From Nannocystis radixulma (GTDB lineage Bacteria; Myxococcota_A; Polyangia; Nannocystales; Nannocystaceae): DNA of 64,000 bases. The position numbers and the translations under genes are program-made. The notes under the pieces were generated by a model. The model made no database searches, was not told the origin of the DNA, and was given only the letters and a program-made list of their open reading frames with translations. This document shows, in pieces, positions 56,093 to 64,000 of this stretch. Within the stretch, counting starts at the first letter, position 1. Every line of letters begins with the position of its first letter. The stretch covers positions 693,253-757,252 of the forward strand of contig NZ_JAQNDN010000024.1 in assembly GCF_028369095.1 (NCBI RefSeq). Direction: 5' to 3'.

Positions 56093-57040
56093 ATGGCGGA
56101 GCAGGCAGGTTCGGAGGGACATGTCCCGGCGATCAGGCCCGACGACGGCGACCGGGCGTGGATGACCCGGCCCGAGCGCGGGACGGTGCTGGGGATCCGG
56201 GCGACGCTGCTGTTCTGCCGGGTGTTCGGGCGGCGGGGCGCGGGCGTGCTGCTGGCCGTGATCACGTTCTACTACGCGCTGTTCGCCGGCAAGGCGCGGC
56301 GGGCCTCGCAGGACTACCTGCGGCGGATCGGCCAGCCGCACGGGTTCTGGGCCAGCTGGCGCCACATCTACACGTTCGCCCGCTGCGCGCTCGACCGCGT
56401 GTTCCTGGTCCGCGGCGAGACCGGGCGGTTCCGCATCACCCACACCGGCATCGAGCACCTGCGAGCGCTGCAGGCCGAGGGGAAGGGGGCGCTGCTGCTC
56501 GGGGCGCACCTCGGCTCGTTCGAGGCGATGCGGGCCAGCAGCGTCGACAAGCGGATCCCGATCCACATCCTCGCGTACTGGCAGAACGCGAAGATGATCA
56601 ACGACTTCCTGCGCACGGTGCAGGCCGACTTCGACGTGCGGGTGATCCCGATCGACCCGCGGGACACGAGCTACATCCTGACCGCCAAGGAGGCGATCGA
56701 GCGCGGGGAGCTGGTGGCGGTGCTCGGCGACCGGGTCGGGGTCAACGACAAGGCCTGCACGGCCGAATTCCTCGGCGCCCCGGCGCGCTTCCCGACCGGG
56801 CCGTACACCCTCGCGGCGCTGCTAAAGTGCCCGATTTACTTGACTTTCGGTCTGTACCACGGGCCCGACCGCTACGATCTTTATTGCGAGCCCTTCGCCG
56901 AACAATTAGAAATGCCCAGGGGCCGCCGCGAGGCGGCCACCGCCGCCCATGTCCAGCGCTACGCCGAACGCCTCGAGCACTACTGCCGCCTCGCGCCGCT
57001 CAACTGGTTCAACTTCTACGAGTTCTGGAGGTCGGAGTGA
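56093..57040 (+). CDS. LpxL/HtrB-type lysophospholipid (lipid A-like) acyltransferase
   Basis: An N-terminal TM helix is present. The HX4D-type acyltransferase core is LLLGAHLGSFEAM. Size is 315 aa and the architecture is that of lauroyl/myristoyl-acyltransferases. Confidence 0.75.
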   Translation: MAEQAGSEGHVPAIRPDDGDRAWMTRPERGTVLGIRATLLFCRVFGRRGAGVLLAVITFYYALFAGKARRASQDYLRRIGQPHGFWASWRHIYTFARCALDRVFLVRGETGRFRITHTGIEHLRALQAEGKGALLLGAHLGSFEAMRASSVDKRIPIHILAYWQNAKMINDFLRTVQADFDVRVIPIDPRDTSYILTAKEAIERGELVAVLGDRVGVNDKACTAEFLGAPARFPTGPYTLAALLKCPIYLTFGLYHGPDRYDLYCEPFAEQLEMPRGRREAATAAHVQRYAERLEHYCRLAPLNWFNFYEFWRSE

Positions 57041-58566
57041 GTAGCGCGCGGGTGCTGCTCGTCGGTCCGCAAGGCCTCGGCCTCGGCGAGGTGGTGGAGC
57101 TGGCCGAAGGGACAGCTTTTCCGGCGCTCGACGACGCGCCGGAGTACCGGGCGCTGCTGGCCCGCGGCGCCGATCACCTGGCGCGCCGGCTGGCCGCGGG
57201 CGAGGTGGTGTACGGGGTCACGACCGGGTTCGGCGACTCGTGCGAGACGGCGGTGCCGGCCGAGCACGTGGCGGCGATGCCGGTCAACCTGATGCGCTTC
57301 CACGGCTGCGGTACCGGGCGGATCCTCGACGAGGTCGAGGCCGCGGCGGTGGTGGCGGTGCGCCTGGTCGCGCTGGCGCGCGGCTGGTCGGGCGTGCGCA
57401 TCGAGGTGCTCGAGCGGTTGTGCGACCTGCTCCGGCACCGGCTGTTGCCGCGGATCCCGGCCGAGGGCTCGGTCGGGGCCAGCGGCGACCTGACGCCGCT
57501 GTCGTACGTGGTCGCGGCGCTGGTCGGCGAGCGCGAGGTCTGGTTCAAGGGACAGGTGGTCCCGGCAGCCGAGGCGCTGCGCGCGGCCGGGATCCCGCCG
57601 CTGACGCTGCAGCCCAAGGAGAGCCTGGCGCTGATGAACGGGACCAGCGTCATGGTCGGGCTCGGTTGCCTGGCGTTCGCCCGCGCGCGGCGGTTGGCGC
57701 GCCTGTGCGCGGCGCTGACGGCGATGGGCAGCGACGTCCTGGGCGGCAACCCCGCTCACTTCGACGACCGCATCTTCGCCGCCAAGCCGCACCCGGGCCA
57801 GAGGGCCTGCGCGCAGTGGATCCGCGAGGATATCGAGTACCCGCGGCCGGCCGCCCCCGCGCGCATCCAGGACCGCTACTCGATCCGCTGCGCGCCGCAC
57901 GTGATCGGCGTCCTTCTCGACGCGCTACCCTGGGTGCAGCAGTGGCTCGAGATCGAGATCGTCGGCGCCAACGACAACCCGCTGGTCGACCCGGAGACCG
58001 GCGAGGTGCTGCACGGCGGCAACTTCTACGGCGGCCACGCCTGCTTCGCGCTCGACGCCCTGAAGACGGCGGTGGCCAACCTGGCCGACCTGGTCGATCG
58101 CCAGATCGCGCTGGTGTGCAACCCCGACACGAATGCGGGCCTCCCCGCCAACCTGGTCGGGCGGACGGGCCCCGATCGGGCGGCCCACCACGGCTTCAAG
58201 GCGATGCAGATCTCGGCGTCGGCGCTGGCGGCCGAGGCGTTGAAGCTGACGATGCCGGCCAGCGTCTTCAGCCGCTCCACCGAATGCCACAACCAGGACA
58301 AGGTGAGCATGGGCACGATCGCGGCGCGCGACTGCCTGCGGATCGTCGAGCTGACCGAGACGGTCGCGGCGATCGGGCTGCTCACCATGTGCCAGGCGGT
58401 CGACCTGCGCTCGGGTCACAACATCCACGCGCGCGCGCGGACGCTCCACGCGGCGGTCCGCGCCGCGGTGCCGATGGTCGACGCCGACCGCCGCCAGGAC
58501 CACGACATCGCCGCGGTGCTGGGGCTGCTCCGCGCCGGCGCGCTGCCGATCGGAGCGCTGCCGTGA
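57037..58566 (+). CDS. Aromatic amino-acid ammonia-lyase (HAL/PAL/TAL family, MIO cofactor)
   Basis: The MIO-forming Ala-Ser-Gly triad is in SVGASGDLTPLS. The selectivity dyad position reads NLMRFHGCGTG, giving Phe-His (HAL is Ser-His, TAL His-Leu, PAL Phe-Leu). The GTG start overlaps the upstream stop (GTGA), and GGAGG lies 6 nt upstream. Confidence 0.85.
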   Translation: MSSARVLLVGPQGLGLGEVVELAEGTAFPALDDAPEYRALLARGADHLARRLAAGEVVYGVTTGFGDSCETAVPAEHVAAMPVNLMRFHGCGTGRILDEVEAAAVVAVRLVALARGWSGVRIEVLERLCDLLRHRLLPRIPAEGSVGASGDLTPLSYVVAALVGEREVWFKGQVVPAAEALRAAGIPPLTLQPKESLALMNGTSVMVGLGCLAFARARRLARLCAALTAMGSDVLGGNPAHFDDRIFAAKPHPGQRACAQWIREDIEYPRPAAPARIQDRYSIRCAPHVIGVLLDALPWVQQWLEIEIVGANDNPLVDPETGEVLHGGNFYGGHACFALDALKTAVANLADLVDRQIALVCNPDTNAGLPANLVGRTGPDRAAHHGFKAMQISASALAAEALKLTMPASVFSRSTECHNQDKVSMGTIAARDCLRIVELTETVAAIGLLTMCQAVDLRSGHNIHARARTLHAAVRAAVPMVDADRRQDHDIAAVLGLLRAGALPIGALP

Positions 58567-58967
58567 GCCGCCTGCACGAGGTCTCGGTCGAGTTCGAGGT
58601 CCCGTTCCACGACGTCGACATCCTCAACATCGTCTGGCACGGGCACTACTACAAGTACATGGAGATCGGTCGGACCGCGCTGATGCGCGCGCGCGGGCTC
58701 GACATCGAGGACATCCGCCGCGCGGGCTACGCCCAGCTGCTGGTCGACAGCCACTGCCGCTACACCTACCCGCTGCGCTACGCCGACCGCGCCCGCGTCG
58801 ACGCGTGGTTCGTGTCGGTGACGCCGCGGCTGGTCATCGCCTACCGGATCCGCAACCTCAAGGACGACCGCTGCTCGGCCCGCGGGCAGACGATCCTCGT
58901 CACGACCGACCAAGAAGGTCGCCTCTTGCCGGAGACGCCCGATGCGCTGCTCAAGTACCTGGTGTAG
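58563..58967 (+). CDS. 4HBT/YbgC-type hotdog acyl-CoA thioesterase
   Basis: 134 aa. FEVPFHDVDILNIVWHGHYYKYMEIGR matches the YbgC/4HBT consensus with a catalytic Asp in HDVD. The GTG start overlaps the lyase stop. Confidence 0.75.
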   Translation: MSRLHEVSVEFEVPFHDVDILNIVWHGHYYKYMEIGRTALMRARGLDIEDIRRAGYAQLLVDSHCRYTYPLRYADRARVDAWFVSVTPRLVIAYRIRNLKDDRCSARGQTILVTTDQEGRLLPETPDALLKYLV

Positions 58968-58989
58968 CCAGCTCAGGTCCCAGTTGTCC

Positions 58990-59700
58990 GTGCGGACAGG
59001 TCTGTTCGGACATGTCCTTGCGGTCATGGTCGTCATGACCGGTTCGATCGGCCAGGCGGGCGCGACCGACCCGTTGCCGGTGGCCGCCGCGCCGGTGGCG
59101 GCCGCGTTGACGCTCGATCAGCTGCTCGGCCGGTTCGCCGGGATGAGCGGGCTGCAGGCGGCGTTCCGCGAGGAGAAGCGGATGGCCCTGCTGGCGGCGC
59201 CGCTGGTCAACGAGGGCACGATCTACTTCGTGCCCAACGGCAAGAAGTCGCGCCTGGCCCGGCACACGGCCAAGCCGGCGCGCTCGGTGGTGGTGATCGA
59301 CGGCTCGGCGCTGCGCATGGCCGACGACGCCGGGCGCGAGGAGATTTCGCTCGACAAGAGCCCGGCGGTGCGGCTGTTCGTCGACTCGTTCGTCAGGATC
59401 TTCGCCGGCGACGGCGAGGCGCTGGCGACGATGTACGCGATGGAGCTCAAGTCCGAGGGCCAGCGCTGGACGCTGAAGCTGAAGCCTAAGCTGGCGCCGC
59501 TCGACAAGCTGATCGAGCGGGTCGAGATCGCCGGCGAGGGGGTCGTGATCGCGACGATGCGCGTGGTCGAGATCGGCGGCGACGAGGCGGTCACCACGTT
59601 CTCGGCCGTCGACCCGCAGCGCAAGTTCACCGCCGAGGAGCAGACGACGCTGTTCAGCCTGCCGCCGAAGCCGGCCGCGCCGCCGCCGGCGGGCCGCTGA
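58990..59700 (+). CDS. LolA-like outer-membrane lipoprotein carrier protein
   Basis: The GTG start gives MRTGLFGHVLAVMVVMTGSIGQAGA, a signal peptide. The LolA-like fold cues are LQAAFREEKRMALLAAPLVNEGTIYFVPNGKKSRL. The 5' boundary is uncertain; the alternative ATG is at 58942. Confidence 0.55.
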   Translation: MRTGLFGHVLAVMVVMTGSIGQAGATDPLPVAAAPVAAALTLDQLLGRFAGMSGLQAAFREEKRMALLAAPLVNEGTIYFVPNGKKSRLARHTAKPARSVVVIDGSALRMADDAGREEISLDKSPAVRLFVDSFVRIFAGDGEALATMYAMELKSEGQRWTLKLKPKLAPLDKLIERVEIAGEGVVIATMRVVEIGGDEAVTTFSAVDPQRKFTAEEQTTLFSLPPKPAAPPPAGR

Positions 59701-59756
59701 CGCGGCGTCCGGCGGATGGACCTGTCTGACAAAACCTGGCTGATGGGACCTGCCTG

Positions 59757-62144
59757 ATGGAACCTGGTCGAGCGGACAGGGCGAGCGCGTGGCGGGCGGG
59801 CCTCGGCGCGGCGCTGGTGGCCGGGCTGGCGGCGTTCTGCGTGCTGCGCCTGCAGGTGGTCACCGACATCACCGCGTTCATGGCCGACGTCGCCGACCCC
59901 AAGCTGGCGGCGCTGTCGCGCGGGATGGCCAGCTCGGAGCTGACGCGCACGCTGGTGCTGTCGGTCAGCGACGAGCAGGGCGATCCGGACGTCGCCATCG
60001 CCGGGGCGCAGGCGCTGGCCGACCGGCTGCAGACCCGCTCCGAGGTGGCGTGGCTGCGCACCGGGCCGGGCGAGCTGCACGCCGAGGCGATCCACAACCT
60101 GTACTACCCGCGGCGGTTCTTCCTCCTGGCCGACGAGACAGGTGGCCTTCAGGACAGGTTGTCCGACGACGGGCTGCGGGCCGCCGCGCGCGAGCTGCGG
60201 CGCCAGCTCGGCCTGCCGACGTCGGGGGTGATCAAGCAGATCGCGCCGGCCGACCCGCTGCTGGCCTATCCGGCCCAGCTGCGCCGGCTCGAGGCGGCCC
60301 AGGGCGGCGGGGTCGGGCTGCGCGACGGGCACTTCGTGGCCGAGGACCAGCACGCGCTGGTGATGCTGGCGACCCGCAGCTCGCCGTTCGACGCCGCCGA
60401 TCAGGCGCCGCTGCAGGCGGCGATCGAGGCGGCGTTCGCCGAGATCGACGCCCAGTCGGGCGGGCGCCTGGTGCTCGAGCAGTCGGGCGTGGCCCGCTTC
60501 GCGCTGGCGTCCGAGCGCAGCATGCGCGAGGACATCGGCCGGATCTCCACCGTCTCGCTGGTCGGCATCGTCGCGCTGTTCCTGCTGATGTTCCGCTCGC
60601 CGCGGCTGGTGCTGCTGTCGCTGGCGCCGCTGGTGGCGGGCGTGGCGGCGGCGCTGGCGGCCTGCCTGGCGCTGTTCGGGTCGGTCCACGGGCTGACGCT
60701 GGCGTTCGGGGCGACGCTGATCGGGGTGTGCATCGACTACTCCGTGCACCTGTTCAACCACCACATGCTCGACCCGCCGCGCGGCGGGCCGCGGCAGAGC
60801 GCGCGGCGGATCTGGCCGGGCCTGTTGCTCGGGGCGCTGACGACGGTGGCGGGCTTCGCCGGGCTGGCGTGGACCAGCTTCCCCGGGCTGCGCGAGGTGG
60901 CGCTGTTCGCCTCGATCGGGGTGCTGGTGGCCGCCCTGGCGACGCGCTACTGGCTACCTGAACTTTTGCCCATGTCCCCGAAGCCAGGGTGGATCCAGCG
61001 CCGGGCGGCGGCCGGGCTGGCGCGGATGGTCGCGGCGATGCGACGGCGGCGCTCGGCGGTGGCGGTGCTGCCGGCGGCGGCGCTCGGGCTGTGCGTGGTC
61101 GGGCTGCCGCGCATCGAGTTCTCCGACGACGTGCGCCGGCTGACGGCGCTCGACCCGGAGATGCTGGAGGAGGACGAGCGGGTGCGGGCGCGGGTGTCGC
61201 GGATGGACGGCGGGCGCTTCGTGGTCGCGTTCGGGGCCGACGAGGAGGCGGCGCTGGCCGGCAACGACGCGGTCGCGGTCCGCCTGCGCGCGGCCCAGGC
61301 GGCCGGCGAGGTCGAGGCGTTCCGCAGCCTGCACGCGCTGGTGTGGTCGGAGCGGCTGCAGCGCGACAACGCGGCGGCGCTGGCCGACCCGAGCCTGCCG
61401 GCCCGCCTCGACGCGGCGTTCGTGGCCGAGGGCTTCCGCGCCGGCTCGTTCGCCAAGTTCTTTTCGGACATGTCCCATGGGCCAGACCCGATGCGGCCGG
61501 CCGACCTGGCCGCGACGCCGCTGGCCGAGGCGGCGCGGACGTTCCGCGCCGACATCGAGGGCGGCGAGGTGGCGTTGGTGACGCTGCTGCGCGGGGTCGG
61601 CGATGTGGCGGCGCTGCAGGCCCGCCTGGCCGACCTGCCCGACGTGCGCTACTTCGACCAGCAGGGCATGATGCAGGCGGCGTTCGGCCGCTACCGCGCG
61701 CGCACGCTCGAGCTGGTGGTGTTCGGCCTGCTGGCGATGCTCACGACGGTGTGGCTGCGCTACCGCCGGCTCAAGCTGGCGCTGGCGGCGTTCGCCCCGG
61801 CGGTGCTGGCGGCCGCGACGGCGCTGGCGCTGATCGCCCTGAGCGGGGTGACGATCGGGATCCTCCACGCGGTCGCGCTGCTGCTGGTGCTGTGCATGGG
61901 CGTCGACTACGGGGTGTTCCTGGCCGAGAGCCGCCACGACCCGCGGGGCTTCGACGCGACGGTGCTGAGCGTGCTGCTGGCCTGTCTGACGACGGTGCTG
62001 GCGTTCGGGCTGCTGGCGATGTCGGCCAGCCCGGCGCTGCAGGCGATCGGCGTCACCGTCGGCCTCGGGGTGCTGCTCAGCCTGGTGCTGGCGCCGGCCG
62101 CCCTGGTGCTGGCGGGCGCTGGCGAGGGGAAGGACCACGGATGA
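59757..62144 (+). CDS. MMPL/RND-superfamily exporter, a putative lipid-pigment transporter
   Basis: 795 aa. Two 6-TM bundles are each preceded by a large periplasmic loop, which is the MMPL topology. Confidence 0.8.
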   Translation: MEPGRADRASAWRAGLGAALVAGLAAFCVLRLQVVTDITAFMADVADPKLAALSRGMASSELTRTLVLSVSDEQGDPDVAIAGAQALADRLQTRSEVAWLRTGPGELHAEAIHNLYYPRRFFLLADETGGLQDRLSDDGLRAAARELRRQLGLPTSGVIKQIAPADPLLAYPAQLRRLEAAQGGGVGLRDGHFVAEDQHALVMLATRSSPFDAADQAPLQAAIEAAFAEIDAQSGGRLVLEQSGVARFALASERSMREDIGRISTVSLVGIVALFLLMFRSPRLVLLSLAPLVAGVAAALAACLALFGSVHGLTLAFGATLIGVCIDYSVHLFNHHMLDPPRGGPRQSARRIWPGLLLGALTTVAGFAGLAWTSFPGLREVALFASIGVLVAALATRYWLPELLPMSPKPGWIQRRAAAGLARMVAAMRRRRSAVAVLPAAALGLCVVGLPRIEFSDDVRRLTALDPEMLEEDERVRARVSRMDGGRFVVAFGADEEAALAGNDAVAVRLRAAQAAGEVEAFRSLHALVWSERLQRDNAAALADPSLPARLDAAFVAEGFRAGSFAKFFSDMSHGPDPMRPADLAATPLAEAARTFRADIEGGEVALVTLLRGVGDVAALQARLADLPDVRYFDQQGMMQAAFGRYRARTLELVVFGLLAMLTTVWLRYRRLKLALAAFAPAVLAAATALALIALSGVTIGILHAVALLLVLCMGVDYGVFLAESRHDPRGFDATVLSVLLACLTTVLAFGLLAMSASPALQAIGVTVGLGVLLSLVLAPAALVLAGAGEGKDHG

Positions 62145-62785
62145 ACCTTCGGGCATGGTCGATCGGGCATGTCGTCGGGGTCATGCTCCTGGGGGCATGC
62201 TCCAAGGGGCAGCAGGCCGAAGCGGCGCCGCCGCGGGAGCTGCGCGACGCCGACTACCCGGGGGCGCTGGCGACGACGCTGGCCGGGCCCGACTTCATGG
62301 CCCGCCAGCGCCTGCACGGCACGGCCCGCGGGCGCGAGATCGGCGGCGAGGTGGTGCTGCAGAAGCAGGGGGACGCGCTGACGCTGGTCGGGCTGACGCC
62401 GTTCGCGACCAAGGCGTTCGTGGCCAAGCAGCAGGGCGCCGAGGTGAAGATCGAGGTGTTCGCGCCGGAGGGCAAGCTGCCGTTCCCGCCGCGCTTTATG
62501 CTGCTCGACGTGCACCGCGTGCAGTTCCTCGGGCTGCCGGGGGCGCCGCTGCCCGACGGGACGCACACGGGCGAGGTCGGCGACGAGCGGGTGACCGAGG
62601 TGTGGCAGGGCGGGGCGCTGCTCGAGCGCCGCTTCGAGCGCAAGGACGGCAAGCCGGCCGGCGCGATCGTCATCACCTACGAGGGCGGGATGAAGGACGG
62701 GGCGTTGCCGGCGCGCGTGCGCCTCGACAACGGGTGGTTCGGCTACCAGATCGCGGTCGAGACGCTGCAGTGGCAACCGCTGTGA
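62141..62785 (+). CDS. Lipoprotein, DUF3261-like, as found in aryl-polyene clusters
   Basis: MNLRAWSIGHVVGVMLLGAC is a signal peptide with lipobox. The ATG overlaps the MMPL stop (ATGA). Confidence 0.5.
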   Translation: MNLRAWSIGHVVGVMLLGACSKGQQAEAAPPRELRDADYPGALATTLAGPDFMARQRLHGTARGREIGGEVVLQKQGDALTLVGLTPFATKAFVAKQQGAEVKIEVFAPEGKLPFPPRFMLLDVHRVQFLGLPGAPLPDGTHTGEVGDERVTEVWQGGALLERRFERKDGKPAGAIVITYEGGMKDGALPARVRLDNGWFGYQIAVETLQWQPL

Positions 62786-63939
62786 TCTCGCGGCGCGGCC
62801 TTCTCGGGCTGCTGGCGGCGGCGGCGTGCCGGCCCGACCCGCGTGATCCGCAGTGCCGGCGGGCGGTCGACTACGTGGGCGCGCCGTGGAAGGACGCGCC
62901 GGCGTCGCTGCTCGACGGGCGCCAGGCGGGGACGATCGACGGGGCGCTGGCCCCGGAGCTGGTGGCGCGGCTCGAGGCGCGGCTCGACGCGGTGATCGAG
63001 GGGTCGAAGGCGCCGGCGATCTCTGCCGCCTACGCGGTGCCGGGGGACGGGATGTGGACGGCCACGCGCGGGCTCGCGTGCGCGGAGCCGGCGACGCCGG
63101 TGACAGGCGACGCGAAGTTCCAGGCGTGCAGCATCGGCAAGCTGATCACGGCGGTCTTGGTGCTGCGACTGTGCGAGCGCGGGGTCCTGTCGCGCGAGAC
63201 GTCGATCGCCAAGTGGTTCCCGCGCTACCCGAACGTGACGATCGATCACCTGCTGACGCACACGAGCGGGATCTACAGCTTCAACAGCGACCCGAACTTC
63301 GAGCGCGAGCTCGCGGTGTACCGCTCGCCGGAGGAGTTGATCGAGGAGTCGGCGCGGCACGCCGACCTGTTCTGCCCGGGCGCGACGTGGTCCTACTCCA
63401 ATACCGGCTACGTGATGCTGGGGATGATCGTCGAGCGCTGTCACGATCGCCCGCTGGCGGATGTGGTCGCGGCCGAGGTGGCGACGCCGCTGGGGCTGCG
63501 GGGCCTGGTGGCCCAGCGGCCGGGCGTGGCGGTTCCGGGGCTGGTGCGGGGGCATCGCCAGCGGGCGCCGCTGGGCGAGACGCACTACGAGGTGCCGCAC
63601 GGGGCGGGCTCGATCGCCAGCGGGGCCGACGAACTGGTGCGGGTGCTGCACGCGGTGCTGGCGGGTCGGCTGGTCGGAGCGGCGTCGCTGGCGGCGATGC
63701 TGCGCGACATGGCGCCGATGTTCGACGACCCGGCGCTGCGCTACGGGCGGGGGATGATGCTGTACGAGGCAGCGGGCGGGCCGGGGCTGATGGTCGGTCA
63801 CAGCGGCGGCGCGCCGGGCTTCCGGGCGATCGTGGCCTATCTGCCCGCCGAGCCGGCGTTCGTCGCGGTGATGATCAACGACGAACGACCGGCCGAGGCC
63901 GGGCTGTGGGCGCTGGTGCAGGCGGCCCGCGGCGCCTGA
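62782..63939 (+). CDS. Serine hydrolase of the beta-lactamase/penicillin-binding family, Tat/lipo signal
   Basis: ISRRGLLGLLAAAAC is a Tat signal with lipobox. The SxxK active site is SIGKLI, with YSN (YSNTGY) and HSGG (KTG-like) motifs. The GTG start overlaps the upstream stop. Confidence 0.7.
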   Translation: MISRRGLLGLLAAAACRPDPRDPQCRRAVDYVGAPWKDAPASLLDGRQAGTIDGALAPELVARLEARLDAVIEGSKAPAISAAYAVPGDGMWTATRGLACAEPATPVTGDAKFQACSIGKLITAVLVLRLCERGVLSRETSIAKWFPRYPNVTIDHLLTHTSGIYSFNSDPNFERELAVYRSPEELIEESARHADLFCPGATWSYSNTGYVMLGMIVERCHDRPLADVVAAEVATPLGLRGLVAQRPGVAVPGLVRGHRQRAPLGETHYEVPHGAGSIASGADELVRVLHAVLAGRLVGAASLAAMLRDMAPMFDDPALRYGRGMMLYEAAGGPGLMVGHSGGAPGFRAIVAYLPAEPAFVAVMINDERPAEAGLWALVQAARGA

Positions 63940-64000
63940 CGATCAGCGGTTCGCGATCTTGAAGCCGGTCAGGCAGCGCTCGTTGCCGTTGCCGGTCTTG

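Overview
This is a ~70% GC window that reads like myxobacterial accessory DNA, judging by Tat/lipobox lipoproteins and Cys-rich secreted proteins. Coding is dense on both strands, and many of the long six-frame ORFs are Arg/Pro-rich artefacts in the wrong frame or on the antisense strand. I saw no rRNA, tRNA, CRISPR array, transposase or integrase.

There are four main blocks.

1. 0.9-9.1 kb, minus strand: a three-gene peptide-export module of the NHLM/bacteriocin type (HlyD adaptor, C39-peptidase ABC transporter, partner ABC transporter with an extra N-terminal domain). It sits next to a GNAT, a JmjC/cupin-4 oxygenase, and a previously unannotated 35-aa Lys/Asn-rich peptide gene that has its own sigma70-like promoter and RBS. 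I treat this as a candidate new peptide-modification/export system.

2. 17.0-39.4 kb: a non-ribosomal peptide locus.
   - It comprises an MbtH-like protein and a SyrD-type cyclic-peptide ABC exporter on the plus strand.
   - On the minus strand lies a 17.3-kb single-ORF NRPS with five modules: A-T, C-A-T-E, C-A-T, C-A-T, C-A-T-E. The predicted peptide is Ser, D-X, Ser, X, Gly. There is no thioesterase domain, and the terminal epimerase sits on a Gly module. The NRPS contains two ~96%-identical 4.8-kb internal direct repeats.
   - A 237-aa protein is translationally coupled downstream of the NRPS. A Tat-lipoprotein multicopper oxidase lies upstream, with a triple tandem palindromic operator-like site between them.

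3. 51.5-63.9 kb, plus strand: an aryl-polyene/xanthomonadin-like lipid-pigment operon, tightly translationally coupled. It encodes FabG, ACP, a membrane protein, an AMP-ligase::hotdog-dehydratase fusion, a GT2 glycosyltransferase, an LpxL-type acyltransferase, a MIO ammonia-lyase, a 4HBT thioesterase, a LolA-like carrier, an MMPL exporter, a lipoprotein and a serine hydrolase. No ketosynthase is present in the window.

4. A pervasive palindromic element, ACATGTCC-N4-GGACATGT and degenerate TGTCC-N4-GGACA variants, occurs more than 25 times. Copies sit at gene 5' ends, in convergent intergenic hairpins, and in a 450-bp repeat array at 48.9-49.4 kb.

Other features include a 72-bp tandem repeat array at 41.85-42.2 kb, an M16 peptidase, a LysR regulator divergent from an epoxide hydrolase, DJ-1/PfpI, SPFH and DUF697-like genes, and several hypothetical genes.
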